Shown: positions 12,682 to 27,014, counted from the first letter of the stretch. The stretch: DNA of 64,000 nt from Pristiophorus japonicus (GCF_044704955.1 NC_091985.1:203980001-204044000), one strand, 5' to 3'. The notes: a model not told the origin generated them from the letters alone. Made by a program: numbers and translations.

Positions 12682-13390
12682 CCCCGAATCAAATGATCCC
12701 TGTCCCGGGGCCGGGCTCAGATTTCAGACAAATCATTGAACATGAAGCCAGGATCCCTGGTGACTCGCTGACATTGGCTGCACTCACCCCTCCCCCAGTG
12801 TCTGCAATAAAACACAGAGAATGGGATGTCCGGCCCGGGCCTCACTGTAACTGGGGATGTGTTCGGCTCCAGTCTCAGTTCCTGGTCATTGTCATTTTCA
12901 GGGGGAGAGTCTGTGAGACGGTGATACTGGCGGAGATACCCCGCCTCACAACTCAAACCCCAAACACCACATTCTCCAAATCAGCTGGAATAAGGTGTTT
13001 GTAAACTGCTGAACCCGTCTGTGAGAGGAAGTGTGGGGAGATGGAACAAGGTCTGAGATTGACAGGGAAGGGGCTGTATGTCGGCGAGAATATTCGCGAT
13101 TGTTAATTGTAACGGGACCTTATTTAAAAGCTTCAGGTTCCTGGAAGCTTTGAATATAAATTCCGAGTCTGTTTTGGTTCTATTGTCGGAAAACGGTTTG
13201 AAATTGGCGGCTGCAGAAAGCTGGAGGCGGAGCTGGAAGATCAGAGGCCGCTCTCTGCTCTGTCTGTCAATCTTGACTATCTCCTCCCCTTCCCGCCTCT
13301 CTCACTCTGCGCTTTCTCAGTCAGGTCGGCTCCGGCTCTATAAAAAGGAACCGGCAGTAGTTACTTCTCATTCAGCAGCTGTTTGAGTGA

Positions 13391-13714
<324 letters not shown>

Positions 13715-13749
13715 ATAACTCGACCCTTTTCCCCCAAACACAACACAAA

Positions 13750-13792
13750 GGCTCTTCTAAGAGCCACCCACCGGCACACAGAGAGAGCAGCG
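13750..13792 (+). terminator. H4 3' stem-loop and HDE
   Basis: GGCTCT-TCTA-AGAGCC at 13750-13765, then ACCCA and AGAGAGAGCAG. Confidence 0.92.
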
Positions 13793-13907
13793 ACCTGGGG
13801 ATCGGAGCGCGGACAGTTTGGTTGGGAAATGGTTTCGGCTGTTTAATTAATGGAAAGAAAGGTTTGGATTTATATAACGCCTTTCACGAACACCGAACGT
13901 CTCAAGA

Positions 13908-13995
13908 CATAGAAACAGAAAATAGGTGCAGGAGTAGAATAGGCCATTCGGCCCTTCGAGCCTGCACCGCCATTCAACAAGATCACAGCTGATCA
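13908..13995 (-). mobile_element. CR1 3'-tail fragment, antisense
   Basis: CATAGAAACAGAAAATAGGTGCAGGAGTAG...GGCCATTCGGCCCTTCGAGCCTGCACC. Confidence 0.8.
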
Positions 13996-14507
13996 ACCAC
14001 TCCAGCACCTCCATTCCCCGACCCCCGCCCCCCCCCCCTCAGCCGCAAGGACCACATCCAACTCCCTCCCGAACACATCCAATGAACAAGACCAATGAAG
14101 TACTTTTGGAGTGTAGTCGCTGTAGGAATATGGGAATTATTAAATATTTTACAACTATTGTAAATATGAGAGATCAAAAACTCCGGCTGACAGTCACAAC
14201 TACCGGGCAGGATACACAGTCCCAGATATTACAGTCTCCCCTCACAGATAATTCCTGTCATGTGCGGTTTCTGTGTGAGAATCGGTTAAATGGGACGGCA
14301 CTGGCGGGATCTTTATGTTTACAGGAAGCAGTGACCGGGGATTTATTCCCGCCCGGTACAGACGGATCAGGGAATGGAACAGAATTCAAACCGGAATGTG
14401 ACAGAATGGGATTGGTGACTTATAATGGGGCACAATCGCCGTTATAAAGAGCGGGATTCTTAAATTGCTGGCGGGAAATTAGATTTTATTTAATCTCTGT
14501 TGGTTGA

Positions 14508-15149
<642 letters not shown>

Positions 15150-15194
15150 NNNNNNNNNNNNNCGGCTCGAAGCTTCAGCACCAAGAGAAACAAC

Positions 15195-15235
15195 GGCTCT
15201 TTTCAGAGCCACCAAATCAGCAAAGGAAAGAGCTG
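15195..15235 (+). terminator. H3 3' stem-loop and HDE
   Basis: GGCTCT-TTTC-AGAGCC at 15195-15210, then AAAGGAAAGAGCTG. Confidence 0.92.
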
Positions 15236-15842
15236 CGATCTCCTGTAACGAGAGCTTCGTGTTGTTCATTAACCCACTGTAGGGACGGGCAGAGGGTGTG
15301 GGACTGATTACTGATCGTGTATTTATATACCAGCTCGGTTCACATGGGAGTTATTGACGATTAACTGATGAGCCCTTTAATATTTTCAGAAACTGACATC
15401 GACTTTGCGTCGCTCTGACCTCGAGTTCCCCGGGGCAGAGCACAGATTTCCCCATTCGGTGTTGTCGGAGAATGGGGGCAGGCAGATCTGGGAAGCACTG
15501 CAATGGACCCGGATCCTGTATGTGTTGTGCATCGCTCGCTGATGCAGTGCGGTCGAAACTGACTGGCTTAGCAGAGAAGCCCGGAGCTCCCGAGAACAAA
15601 ACCAGCATTCAAAATATCTCAAACCAGACCAGAATTAAACTAGGCCCTTTTATTACTACATTAATTTATCATCGCCGACTCTCTCGTTTTCAGACAGATT
15701 AAAGAATATTTAAAGAACCGGTGGCGGTATTTATACAATTGTTGAGTGACAACTGTAGTTCAATTATTCGCTGTTAACGGGAAGAGTATGTGTGAGCAGA
15801 GAACCGTAATGCAGAGACCGTGAACTGAAAACTCCCGCATAC

Positions 15843-16111
15843 GGATAAGGGGTAAGCCATTTAGGACTGAGATGAGGAGAAACTTATTCACTCAAGAGTT
15901 GTTAACCTGTGGAATTCCCTACCGCAGAGAGTTGTTGATGCCAGTTCGTTAGATATATTCAAGAGGGAGTTAGATGTGGCCCTTATGGCTAAAGGGATAT
16001 TGAGAGAAAGCAGAAAAGGGGTACTGAGGGAATAATCAGCCATGATCTTATTGAATGGTGGTGCAGGCTCGAAGGGCCGAATGGCCTACTCCTGCACCTA
16101 TTTTCTATGTT
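15843..16111 (+). mobile_element. 5'-truncated CR1 insertion downstream of H2A copy 1
   Basis: GGATAAGGGGTAAGCCATTTAGG...CCTATTTTCTATGTT; the paralogous H2A flank (20491-20530, reversed) lacks it. Confidence 0.88.
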
Positions 16112-16206
16112 TACAGGTCTAAAACAGGCCAATCTATCCGGCACATGAATTAAAGGGCTCTGACTCCATTAAGACAGTAAGCAGCCCTTTCACAGATACT
16201 GTGGGT

Positions 16207-16222
16207 GGCTCTGAAAAGAGCC
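16207..16222 (-). terminator. H2A copy 1 3' stem-loop
   Basis: Reverse complement GGCTCTTTTCAGAGCC followed by ACCCA. Confidence 0.93.
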
Positions 16223-16252
16223 TTTGGGTTATTAGATTAAATCTTGTCCGCT

Positions 16253-16696
<444 letters not shown>

Positions 16697-16841
16697 TTAT
16701 ACATTCTGGAGGGATGCAGGGAGCGAACTTGTGATTGGTCACTCTGAAGTGGATTTCATTGGTCTTTTCCGCTGACCAATCACCGTCTGTTAAGCCCGCC
16801 AATGAAAAGAGGGCGAAAATTACTGTTCGACTTTCAACGAA

Positions 16842-17168
16842 ACTCTTTTAGCGTCTACCTGCAAAACATAAACATTAAACCGTGCCACCCGACCTGGGTG
16901 ACACACCAGACATTTACAAGGCCCTTTTTTTCCCTTTTTTTTTTGTTTTTTTTTTGTGTTTTTCTTTTTTTTTTTGTTTTTTTTTTGGGCACTGAAATCA
17001 CAATTTTTCCGGTGCCCCCTATAAAAGGGAAGGGGACACTAAAAGCACCGGCAATTAAAACAAATTAAGCTTTAAAACGTAAAATCAAATTAAAATTTGG
17101 TTGCCGGGCGTGATGATGCACTCCAGTCCCTCCGGTGCCCACCTCTCGCGGAAGGCCGCGAGCGTACC
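16842..17168 (-). mobile_element. 5'-truncated Tx1-family insertion with a 14-bp TSD in the H2A promoter
   Basis: Near-identical to 44630-44955; flanked by CGACTTTCAACGAA at 16828-16841 and 17169-17182. Confidence 0.93.
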
Positions 17169-17864
17169 CGACTTTCAACGAATCTTCAATTTCAAAAACC
17201 CCGCCAATTTTTACAATGCGGATTATGTTAATAAATTCACCATTAGCCAAAGATTTCCAAACACTTTTTATTTCCTTTTGCCGTATTCCATATTACCTTC
17301 CAAATTCCAGGATGTTACAATCAGGTTTAAATTCGGGTTCAGTTTCAAACGTTCTGTAACGGGACATATTCCAGCTCAATCTTTGTACAATTTGGGAATC
17401 ACAGACCATGGATCGATCCTCCGCACAGGCGGGAGTGAGACCAGAACTGGGAGTTCTTCTGTGAAAAGAGAAGAGGGACACAGGGTTCAAACTCCCTGTT
17501 CTGGTCTCTGTAAGAACTCCCAGTCTGGGCCGTTGCATTCGGAATCTCGGATTAATAAGCGGGTTGACCCGAACTAGAATTTTTTTTATATTGTAAAGGG
17601 CTTGAGAGAGAATGAGGTGACTAAAGTCTGAGTTTCACCTCCTAAAACAAGATCATAATTCATTGGCAGGTGGCCAGGGACAGTGTGTGCAGTTTACTGG
17701 GAGGGAAATTCATCAGAGAAGCTAAGGTTGAACCGGACAGTAAAACCGCTTGTCTGAGAATTCAAATCTAAATCTACAGCTGGAACTTTAAATGTTGTCA
17801 AACACTTGCTCAGGAAATAACTACAGTAAATTGAGTTAAAAGGGTGATGTGTTTGTGCAGCTCT

Positions 17865-18005
17865 TTCAGCACCTTGTCAATTGCGTTCTGGAAGTCCAAA
17901 TACACCACATCCACTGCTTCCCCATTATCCACCCTGTTCCTGGCATCCTCAAAGAATTCCAGCAAATTTGTCAAACATGACTTTCCCCTTCATAAATCCA
18001 TGCTG
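17865..18005 (-). mobile_element. CR1 RT internal fragment
   Basis: The reverse strand encodes QHGFMKGKSCLTNLLEFFED...DVVYLDFQ. Confidence 0.8.
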
Positions 18006-18588
18006 TTACATCCATGTTACAGCAGTGACAGATAAGAAAGGTGTTGAATTAAACGATGGGAGGAAGGCAGCATCAGGGCGGAAGGACAGTGAGGGTCCCT
18101 TGCCCTCATAGAAGGACTCCCAAGTCCTGATCAGAAGTGACCCTCAGGCAATCTCAGTTACAAACCGGTCAATGTCTCGAACATGCAGAAATGTAGATCG
18201 ACAAACACAGCTGTTCAGATTATTGAATGTATATATAGAAAAAAACGTGAATGAACCTTCCACATAAGTCCGGCCGTCATTAACCATTTTTGCCTGAGAG
18301 CAGAATAGAAACATAAAGAACGGAGTATAAATCGGGAGGGGATGTAATTGATGACCGAATTCAAGAATTTGAGATTGTGGCGAGCAATAAATCTGATTGG
18401 ATGTTTAAAGAGACCAATCAGAGAGATACAGAACAATGGAAATTGACACGCAGCCAATGAACCAATCACAGCCATTGCCTTCACCCATCCCTCATTAACA
18501 TAAGGTTGTGGGCGGAGTGTGAGGCTGTCTATATAATGCGAGCCCGGAGCAAAATTTCCTTCATTTCTGTGCTTAACTGAACAAGGCG

Positions 18589-18948
18589 ATGCCTGAGGAA
18601 AAGAAACCAGCTTCGAAAAAGGGTGCCAAGAAAGTAATCAAGAAAGCACCACCAAAGGGCGGCAAGAAGCGCCGAAAGTCGAGGAAGGAGAGTTATGCTA
18701 TCTACATCTACAAAGTGATGAAGCAGGTTCACCCCGACACCGGCATCTCCTCCAAGGCCATGGGCATCATGAACTCGTTTGTGAACGATATTTTCGAGCG
18801 CATTGCGGGTGAGGCTTCCCGCCTGGCCCATTACAACAAGCGCCGCACCATCAGTTCCCGGGAGATCCAGACCGCCGTGCGCCTGCTGCTGCCCGGGGAG
18901 CTGGCCAAGCACGCCGTGTCGGAAGGGACAAAGGCGGTGACCAAATAA
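18589..18948 (+). CDS. H2B: Histone H2B copy 1, truncated by a nonsense codon (lacks YTSSK); possible pseudogene
   Basis: Full H2B fold ending ...KAVTK*; sequence reads AAA TAA ACC AGC TCC AAG TAA, with the original stop at 18961-18963; promoter CCAAT/CTCATTAACAT/TATATAA elements intact. Confidence 0.9.
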   Translation: MPEEKKPASKKGAKKVIKKAPPKGGKKRRKSRKESYAIYIYKVMKQVHPDTGISSKAMGIMNSFVNDIFERIAGEASRLAHYNKRRTISSREIQTAVRLLLPGELAKHAVSEGTKAVTK

Positions 18949-19003
18949 ACCAGCTCCAAGTAAAACTCCACGTTGTCCTGACAGAACAAACCCCAAACAC
19001 AAC

Positions 19004-19045
19004 GGCTCTTTTAAGAGCCACCCACAACATCATTGAAAGAGCTGC
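19004..19045 (+). terminator. H2B copy 1 3' stem-loop and HDE
   Basis: GGCTCT-TTTA-AGAGCC at 19004-19019, then GAAAGAGCTG. Confidence 0.92.
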
Positions 19046-19931
19046 ACAATCACATCTCCCTTTAGACTGAATTTACTGTAGTTATTTCCCGAACAAGTGT
19101 GTGTGAGAACCTTTGTAGTTCCAGCTGTCGATTTAGTTTTGAATTCTCATAAAAAGCTTCACTGACCGGCTTGACCTTGGCGTCGCTGGAATTTGCTGCA
19201 GTGAGTAAACTACAAACACGGTCCCTGGTCGCTTTCCCTTTGTTCTCAGACCCGTTCATTCACAGCGCCTGCCGACGAATTTATTTTGGGGGGCGGGGAA
19301 ACTCCGATTTCAGTCACATTCTCACTCAAGCCCTTTTTACATGTTTTTTTTATTCCGTTGCGTTCAGTCCGTTTATTAACTCGAGACTCCCCGCAGTGTA
19401 ACAACCCAGAATGGGAGTTCTTAGAGACTAGAACAGGGGCAGTTTGAACACCCTGTCCCTCTTCTCTTTTTACAGAAGGACTCTCAGTTCTGGTCTCACT
19501 CCCACAGCAGCTCCTGTGAAAACAAGTTCACTTTTACAAAGATGGAGCTGGAATGTGTCTGGTTACATGATCAGTGGGGACTGAGTCCCGCCCGTTACAG
19601 ACAGTTTGAAACTGAATCCAAATGTAATCCTGATTGTAACAGGCTGGAATTTGCAAGAGGAACATGGAATAAGACAAAAGGAAACAAAAAGTGTTTTGAA
19701 GTATTTGGCTAATGGTGAAGTTACTAACATAATCCGCAATTTTCACAATTATTGGCGGGATTTTTGAATTTAAAAAATCATGAGGTTCTGGCTGTTGGGA
19801 ACCAGTAATTTCCGCCCTCCTTTCATTGGTGGACTAGACAGACTATGATTGGTCATCGGAAACAGCCAATGAAATCCACTTCAGAGTGACCAATCACAAG
19901 TTCGCTCCCTGCATCCCTCCAGAAGGTATAA

Positions 19932-20375
<444 letters not shown>

Positions 20376-20807
20376 AGCAGACAAGATATAAACTAATAAC
20401 CCAAAGGCTCTTTTCAGAGCCACCCACAGTATCTGTGAAAGGGCTGCTTACTGTATTAATGGAGACCTTGAGTTCAGGTACCAATAAATTGGTCTATTTC
20501 AGACCTGTATGCGGGAGTTTTCAGTTCCTGGTATCTGCATTATGGTTTTCTGCTCACACAAACTGTTCTAGTTAGCAACTAATAATTAAACTACAGTTGT
20601 CAGAGACTCAAAAATTGTATAAATACCGCAACCGGTTCCCTAAATATTATTTAATCTATCAATGAAAGCTGTATAAAGAAAGTCGGCGGTTATTAAAAGG
20701 GCCTAGTTTAATTCTGGTCTGGTTTGAGAGTTTGAATGCTGGTTCTGTTCCCAGGATCTCCGGTCGTTCCGGGCTGTGTATTTCTCTCCGAGGCCGGTTA
20801 GTTTAGG

Positions 20808-21015
<208 letters not shown>

Positions 21016-21106
21016 TGATATATATTTTTCGACAAGGTCTATATGTTTTAAATCAGCATATGCACGATGGACGGAATATCCTTTTATTTTCAGAATTATA
21101 GACATT

Positions 21107-21405
21107 TATCATAGAAGCTTACAACAGGGAATGAGGCCACTTCGGCCCATCGTGTCCGTGCCGGCCAACAAAAGGCTATCCAGCCGAATCCCACTTTCCA
21201 GCTCTAGGTCTGTAACCCTGCAAGTTACGGCACTTCAAGTGCACGTCCAAGTAGTTTTAAATGTGGTGAGGGTTTCTGCCTCTACCACCCTTTCAGGCAG
21301 TGAGTTTCAGACCGCAGCCACCCTCTGCGTGAAGATATTTCCCCTCTAAATCCTCTACCAATTACTTTAAATTTATGCCTCCTGTGCTAAGGGAAATAGG
21401 CCCTT
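21107..21405 (-). mobile_element. CR1-type 3' fragment, antisense
   Basis: Reverse complement of the family at 330-580 (GGCACTTCAAGTGCAC..., CCTTTCAGGCAGTGAGTT). Confidence 0.75.
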
Positions 21406-21919
21406 TACGGCACAGAAGGTACGGAATATTCCAGGTGAAGGTAACACTGAAACAACTAATGTAGTTACAGCAGTGACAGATAAGAAAGGTGTTGAATTAA
21501 ACGGTGGGAGGAAGGCAGCATCAGGGCGGAAGGACAGGGAGGGCCTTTTGCCCTCATAGAAGGACTCCCAAGTCCTGACCAGAAGTGACCCTCAGGCAAT
21601 CTCGGTTACAAACCGGTCAATGTCTGTCGAACATCTAGATCGATGAAGAACAGAATGTGGCTCGGGAGGGGGTGGAACTGATGACCGAATTCAAGAATTT
21701 GAGATTGTGGCGAGCTGTAAATCTGATTGGATGTTTAAAGAGACCAATCAGAGAATTACAGAACAATAAAAATTGACAACGCTGCGAGTGAACCAATCAC
21801 AATCGTTGTCTTCACCCATCCCTCATTAGCATAGGGCTGTGGGCCGAGTGTGGGGCTGCCTATATAATGCGAGCTCCGAGCTAAGTTTACGTCATGTCTG
21901 GGTCTGATTGAACAAGACG

Positions 21920-22297
21920 ATGCCTGATGAGAAGAAATCAGTTACTGCCAAGAAAGGCGCTAAGAAAGTGATCAAGAAAACACCACCGAAGGGCGGTAAG
22001 AAACGCAGGAAGTCGAGGAAGGAGAGCTACTCCATCTACATCTACAAAGTGATTAAGCAGGTTCACCCCGACACCGGCATCTCCTCCAAGGCCATGGGCA
22101 TCATGAACTCTTTTGTGAACGATATTTTTGAGCGCATCGCGGGTGAGGCTTCCCGCCTGGCCCATTACAACAAGCGATCCACCATCAGCTCCCGGGAGAT
22201 CCAGACCGCCGTGCGCCTGCTGCTGCCCGGGGAGCTGGCCAAGCACGCCGTGTCGGAAGGGACAAAGGCGGTGACCAAGTACACCAGTTCCAAGTAA
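21920..22297 (+). CDS. H2B: Histone H2B copy 2, 125 aa
   Basis: MPDEKKS...[10 protein letters not shown]; octamer-like CTCATTAGCAT and TATATAA upstream; stem-loop at 22338-22353. Confidence 0.96.
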   Translation: MPDEKKSVTAKKGAKKVIKKTPPKGGKKRRKSRKESYSIYIYKVIKQVHPDTGISSKAMGIMNSFVNDIFERIAGEASRLAHYNKRSTISSREIQTAVRLLLPGELAKHAVSEGTKAVTKYTSSK

Positions 22298-22595
22298 AAC
22301 TCCACTCTGTCCTGACAGAATAAACCAGAAACACAACGGCTCTTTTAAGAGCCACCCAGAGATGGCTATCAGAGGGAGCGACAGAGAGACAGACACAGAA
22401 TCAGTCTTAAACTCCCTAACTGTGTCTCCATATTACGCTCAATAATAGTATCACACATTCATGTATAGCACCACCGAAAGATAGGGAGACAGACACATTA
22501 TCAATCTTACACTTGGTATCAGTGTCTCCATATTACGCTCAGTAACAGTGCCACACCGTCATGTATAGCAACAGAGAGAGAAACAGAAACAGTAT

Positions 22596-23208
22596 CATAG
22601 AAACATAGAAAATAGGTGCAGGAGTAGGCCATTCGGCCCTTCAAGCCTGCACCACCATTCAATATGATCATGGCTGATCATGCAACTTCAGTACCCCATT
22701 CCTGCTTTCTCTCCATACCCCTTGATCCCTTTCGCCGTAAGGGCCATATCTAACTCCCTTTTGAATATATCTAACGAACTGGCCTCAACAACTTTCTGTG
22801 ATAGAAAATTCCACAGGTTCACAATTCTCTGAGTGAAGAAGTTTCTCCTCATCTCGGTCCTAAATGGCTTACCCCTTATCCTTAGACTGTGACCCCTGGT
22901 TCTGGACATCCCCAACATCGGGAACATTCTTCCTGCATCTAACCTGTCCAATCCCGTCAGAATTTTATATGTTTCTATGAGATGACCTCTCATTATTCAA
23001 AATTCCAGAGAATATAAGTCTATTCTATCCAGTCTTTCTTCATATGTCAGTCCTGCCATCCCGGGAATCAGTCTGGTGAACCTTTGCTGCACTCCCTCAA
23101 TAGCAAGAATGTCCTTCCTCAGATTAGAAGACCAAAACTGTACACAATAATCAAGGTGTGACCTCACCAAGGCCCTGTACAACTGCAGTAAGACCTCCCT
23201 GCTCCTAT
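22596..23208 (-). mobile_element. 5'-truncated CR1
   Basis: Tail CATAGAAACATAGAAAATAGG; ORFs 22688-22993 and 22997-23182 encode the CR1 ORF2 C-terminus. Confidence 0.92.
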
Positions 23209-23924
23209 TGTGTTGTACTCATAAGTGTTTCCACATCACGCGAAATAACAGAATCCCGCCTTCACAGACAGTACAAGAGAAAGGGGAAAGCGACAGAGAG
23301 AGAAAGAGTGGGCAGAGAGAGAGAGAGAGAGACAGGGGAGTGCGAGGCAGGACGGTGAGACACAGAAACATGCACCGTATCAGTTCTAGACTGACCTGTG
23401 AGGTCCGGTTTTATCCTGAAAGATCCCATTGAAGAGACAGAAGATGCAGTCCCCTCTCTCACTGATATTGTACCACAGACAGACACATTATTAGTCCCAC
23501 ACTGCGGGACAGTGTCAGAGAGTGAGAGAAACAAGGTCCCACATTTAACCTTCGCTTGCCTGTTGTACTCTCTGTAATCTTGCAGCTCAGGCCCGTTCGG
23601 TATTACTCTCAGTGACCGAATGTTTCACTCTGATTAAATTAAACTGGAACAGTTTCTGTCAGATATTAACTCCTGCACAGTTCCAGCAAACACTCCTACT
23701 CCCCCGTCCCTCCGATGTTTCTGCAGGATTGCTTTGTGAGGACAGGCTCACGAAGAGAAAAAACCCTGCACGGAATGATCCCAAATTGAGCATCTTAAAG
23801 GGGCAAGGCCCCCAGCTTTAAACATTCTCTGTCCTTGCCCCCCAGGCCCAGTTCCTTTGCTCAGATTCTGATAAAAGTAAATCGAGAAAAGTGCACTTTG
23901 CTTTTTAAAAGGCTGAATTATTGC

Positions 23925-24085
23925 AGAGCTGCGCATGCGCGAACAAGCCCCGCCCCTCGAGTGAGCAGAAGAGCGCATGCGCCCTCCCCTCCCCCAGCCC
24001 AGCCTGTGAGCGCCATTCACTCAGTGAGCGGAAGAAGATGGTTTAAACAACCGGGAATGGAGACATCGCGGCCCCGGGGTAAGGC
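23925..24085 (+). promoter_or_regulatory. CpG-rich housekeeping-type promoter and candidate first exon
   Basis: Two NRF1 motifs GCGCATGCGC (23931-23940, 23973-23982), Sp1 GCCCCGCCCC, ETS/YY1-like GCGGAAGAAGATGG, and a splice-donor-like GG|GTAAGG at 24079. Confidence 0.6.
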
Positions 24086-24994
24086 AGCGAGCAGCAGCCT
24101 CCTTACAGCAGCACATCGCTTTGGGAGCGTGTCCGCAGATGGGCTCAGAGATCGGCACTGAGTCCGGGGGAAGTCGGACGCTGTGTGTAACAGGCGGAGT
24201 GGAGCAAGAACTGGTCTCAGTGCGTGGAGTGAGTGGGGGAAGGGAGAGGCCATTCTCGGGCTGTGTGTGGACAGCGTGTGTCCCGGGTAAGGGAGACAGA
24301 ATGGGAAGGATCTGCTGTTTACAGTCATTGCTGCTTTCTCCCTGCAAACCAGTAGTGAACGTTCCTGCTTTAGTTCCAGTCTCACCGTGTTTGTTGTCAT
24401 TGGACAGTGAGCAGTGGAAGCAGAGAGGATTTATACAAGGAGCATCTATTGCAGGCACCGGGTGAGAAATGTGAAGGACATGTTTTAAACAGCGGCTCTT
24501 TGTTTTTGATTGAACGGTTAGTGCCCTGGGAGAGGAGAGCAGCAATCTGAGCTGTGGTAAAAGTCCGTGCCCCATCGGGTCGTCCCATTCCTGAAGCAGG
24601 GCAGGGCAGGGGTTGGGTTGTGTCTGGATGTCAGTAAATTGCTGTAAATCTGCCCAACACACTTGGTGTGCAGAAGCTGAGTGCTGCAGTACTGCAGTGG
24701 AGTCAGACACTGACACTGTTTGTCTCGCTGGCTTCCCTTTGTGAATGTTCATAATGAATATTAATTGAACGATTACATTCATCACTTTAGTCTTTTCTAC
24801 CTCTCCTATTCTTGAATGATCAGAGATACCTTCTCCTCCTACAGGCAAGGAATTGAAGGAACCGGAACAAATGTGAAGTTTCCTCCACCTGAGACATAAG
24901 GAACAGTGTAACCAGCTCTTCCTCACACACAGTAGGTACGGTACCGATCACTGTGCGGATACACAGACAGGTTATCCAAATTAAACATGTGTGA

Positions 24995-26670
24995 GGTGCT
25001 GAATGGCCTCCTCCTATTCCTGTGTAACAGGCCCGAGGGGGCTGATGGCCACCTCCTGTTCCTAAATTAACAGACTGGAGATACTGAGTGGCCTTCTCCT
25101 GTTCCTAATGTAATAAACACGAGGGGCTTAATGGCTTCCTCCTGTTCATATGTAACAAGCTCTCAGGGCAGATTGACCTTCCCCTGTACCTTTTGTATCA
25201 GGCTAGAATGGGTTGAATGGCCTCCTTTAGTTCTTATGTAACAGGTTCCAGGGGCTGAATAGCCACTTCTATTCCTGTGTAACAGACTCCAGGGGCTGAA
25301 TAGCCTCCTCCAGTTCCTATGTAACAAGCTCGAGGGGCTGAATGCCCTCCTCCTGTTCCCATGAAACAATCCCGTGGGGATGATTGTCCTTGTCCTATTC
25401 CTATTCCTAATGTGACAGACCCGGGGGACAGAATTGCATCATTCTATTGCTTTTTAATTCCAGTTGCTGAATGGCCCTCTCCAGTTCATAATGTAATCCG
25501 CTCAAGGAGCTGAATGGCCTCCTCAGTTCCTAATGTAATAGGCTCGAGGAGCTGAATGGCCCTCTCCTGCTCCCATGTCACAGGATCAAAGGGCTGAATG
25601 GCCTGCTCATGATCCTAATTTAACATGCTTGGGGGCTGAATGTCCTCCCCCAGTTCCTATACAACATGCTCGAGGGGCTGACTGTCCTCCCCAGTTCCTA
25701 TGTAACATTCAGGAGAGGCTGAATGGACTCCTCCAATTCCTCTGTAACAGGCTCGAGGGGCTGAATGGCCACCTCCTGTTCCTGGTTAACAGTTCCGAGG
25801 GGTGGAATTGGCCTACTCCTGTTCCTATGTAACAGACCTGAGGGACTGAGTGGTCTTCTCCTGTTCCTAATGTAAGAAGCTCGAGGGGATGAAAAACGTC
25901 CTGCTGTTCCCATGTCACACAATCAAAGGCTGAGTGGTCTGCTCATGTTTCTAATGTTAGAGAGGCTGAATTTCCTCTTCCCACGTAACAGAATGGAAGG
26001 GCTGAATGGCATCCTCCTGATTCAATGTAACAGGCTCGAGAGGAAGAATGGCCTCATCCTGTTCCTGTCTAACAACTCTAGGTGTTGAACAGCCACCTCC
26101 TGTTCCTGTGTAATAAGTTAGGTGGGATGAGTGGCCTCCTCCACTTGCGTTATAAGATATGCGACTGGCTTATTGGCTTCTTCCAGTTCCTATAACATTC
26201 TCGGGGGGCTGAATGGTCTCCTCCAGTTCCTACGTAACATGCTTGAGGGTCTGAATGGCCTCCTCCTATTCCGATGTGAAAGGTTCCAGAGTAACAGTAT
26301 CCAGTCGATGCATTGCCTCCACCAATTCCTTTATAGCAAGGCTAAGGTGCTGAATGCCCACCTCCTGTACCTATGCAACAATCTTGAGGGATTGAATGGC
26401 TGCCTGTTCATTTGTAACAGGTTGGAGGGGCTGAATGGCGTCCATCTATTCCTGTAAAGCAGATTCCAAGGCTGAACGGTCAACTCCAGTTTCTAATGTA
26501 ACAGAGTCGAGGGGCAGAATAGCTCACTGTTCCTATGTAACAGGGACTGAATGGGCCTCTTCCTGTTCCTTATGTAACAGGATCCAGGGACTGAATGGCC
26601 TCCCCCTGTTCCTTTTGTAACAGACTCGAAGGGATGATTTGCCTTCAGGTTCCGTGTGCTGAAAGGCCTC
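24995..26670 (+). repeat. ~40-bp minisatellite derived from the CR1 3' tail (roughly 40 diverged units)
   Basis: Consensus ACAGGCTCGAGGGGCTGAATGGCCTCCTCCTGTTCCTATGTA versus CR1 tail CAGGCTCGAAGGGCCGAATGGCCTACTCCTGCACCTAT. Confidence 0.85.
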
Positions 26671-27014
26671 CTCAAATTCCCAGATCCAGGGACTGTTCTT
26701 CCCTCTTGTTTTGGAAATAGCATCGGCAGTAAACAGGAGCTCAATGCTTCTTGCCCACCAGCTCTCTGATCGGGCTCCTCGCGCTGATTATGTTTTCTCA
26801 TCTCGCTCAAACGTCCCCAAATGTTGCTTTCTTTTCCATCACCTCTAGAGTTATTAGTCAAGTTTGCATCGAGCAAATCGTGATCTCACCAGTAACAGCA
26901 CTTTCCTGATGGTTATCTTCGAGGCTGCTTCTGACAATTTCTTCTGCGTAAATGTTAACCACCATAAGTAACTGAAAAGCTTAATTTCTACAGCAACAAC
27001 AAACACTTGCATTT

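Noticed and set aside
24021-24926. 301-aa minus-strand ORF
   Set aside because: Non-ATG start, no recognisable domain, and it overlaps a repeated module and promoter motifs.
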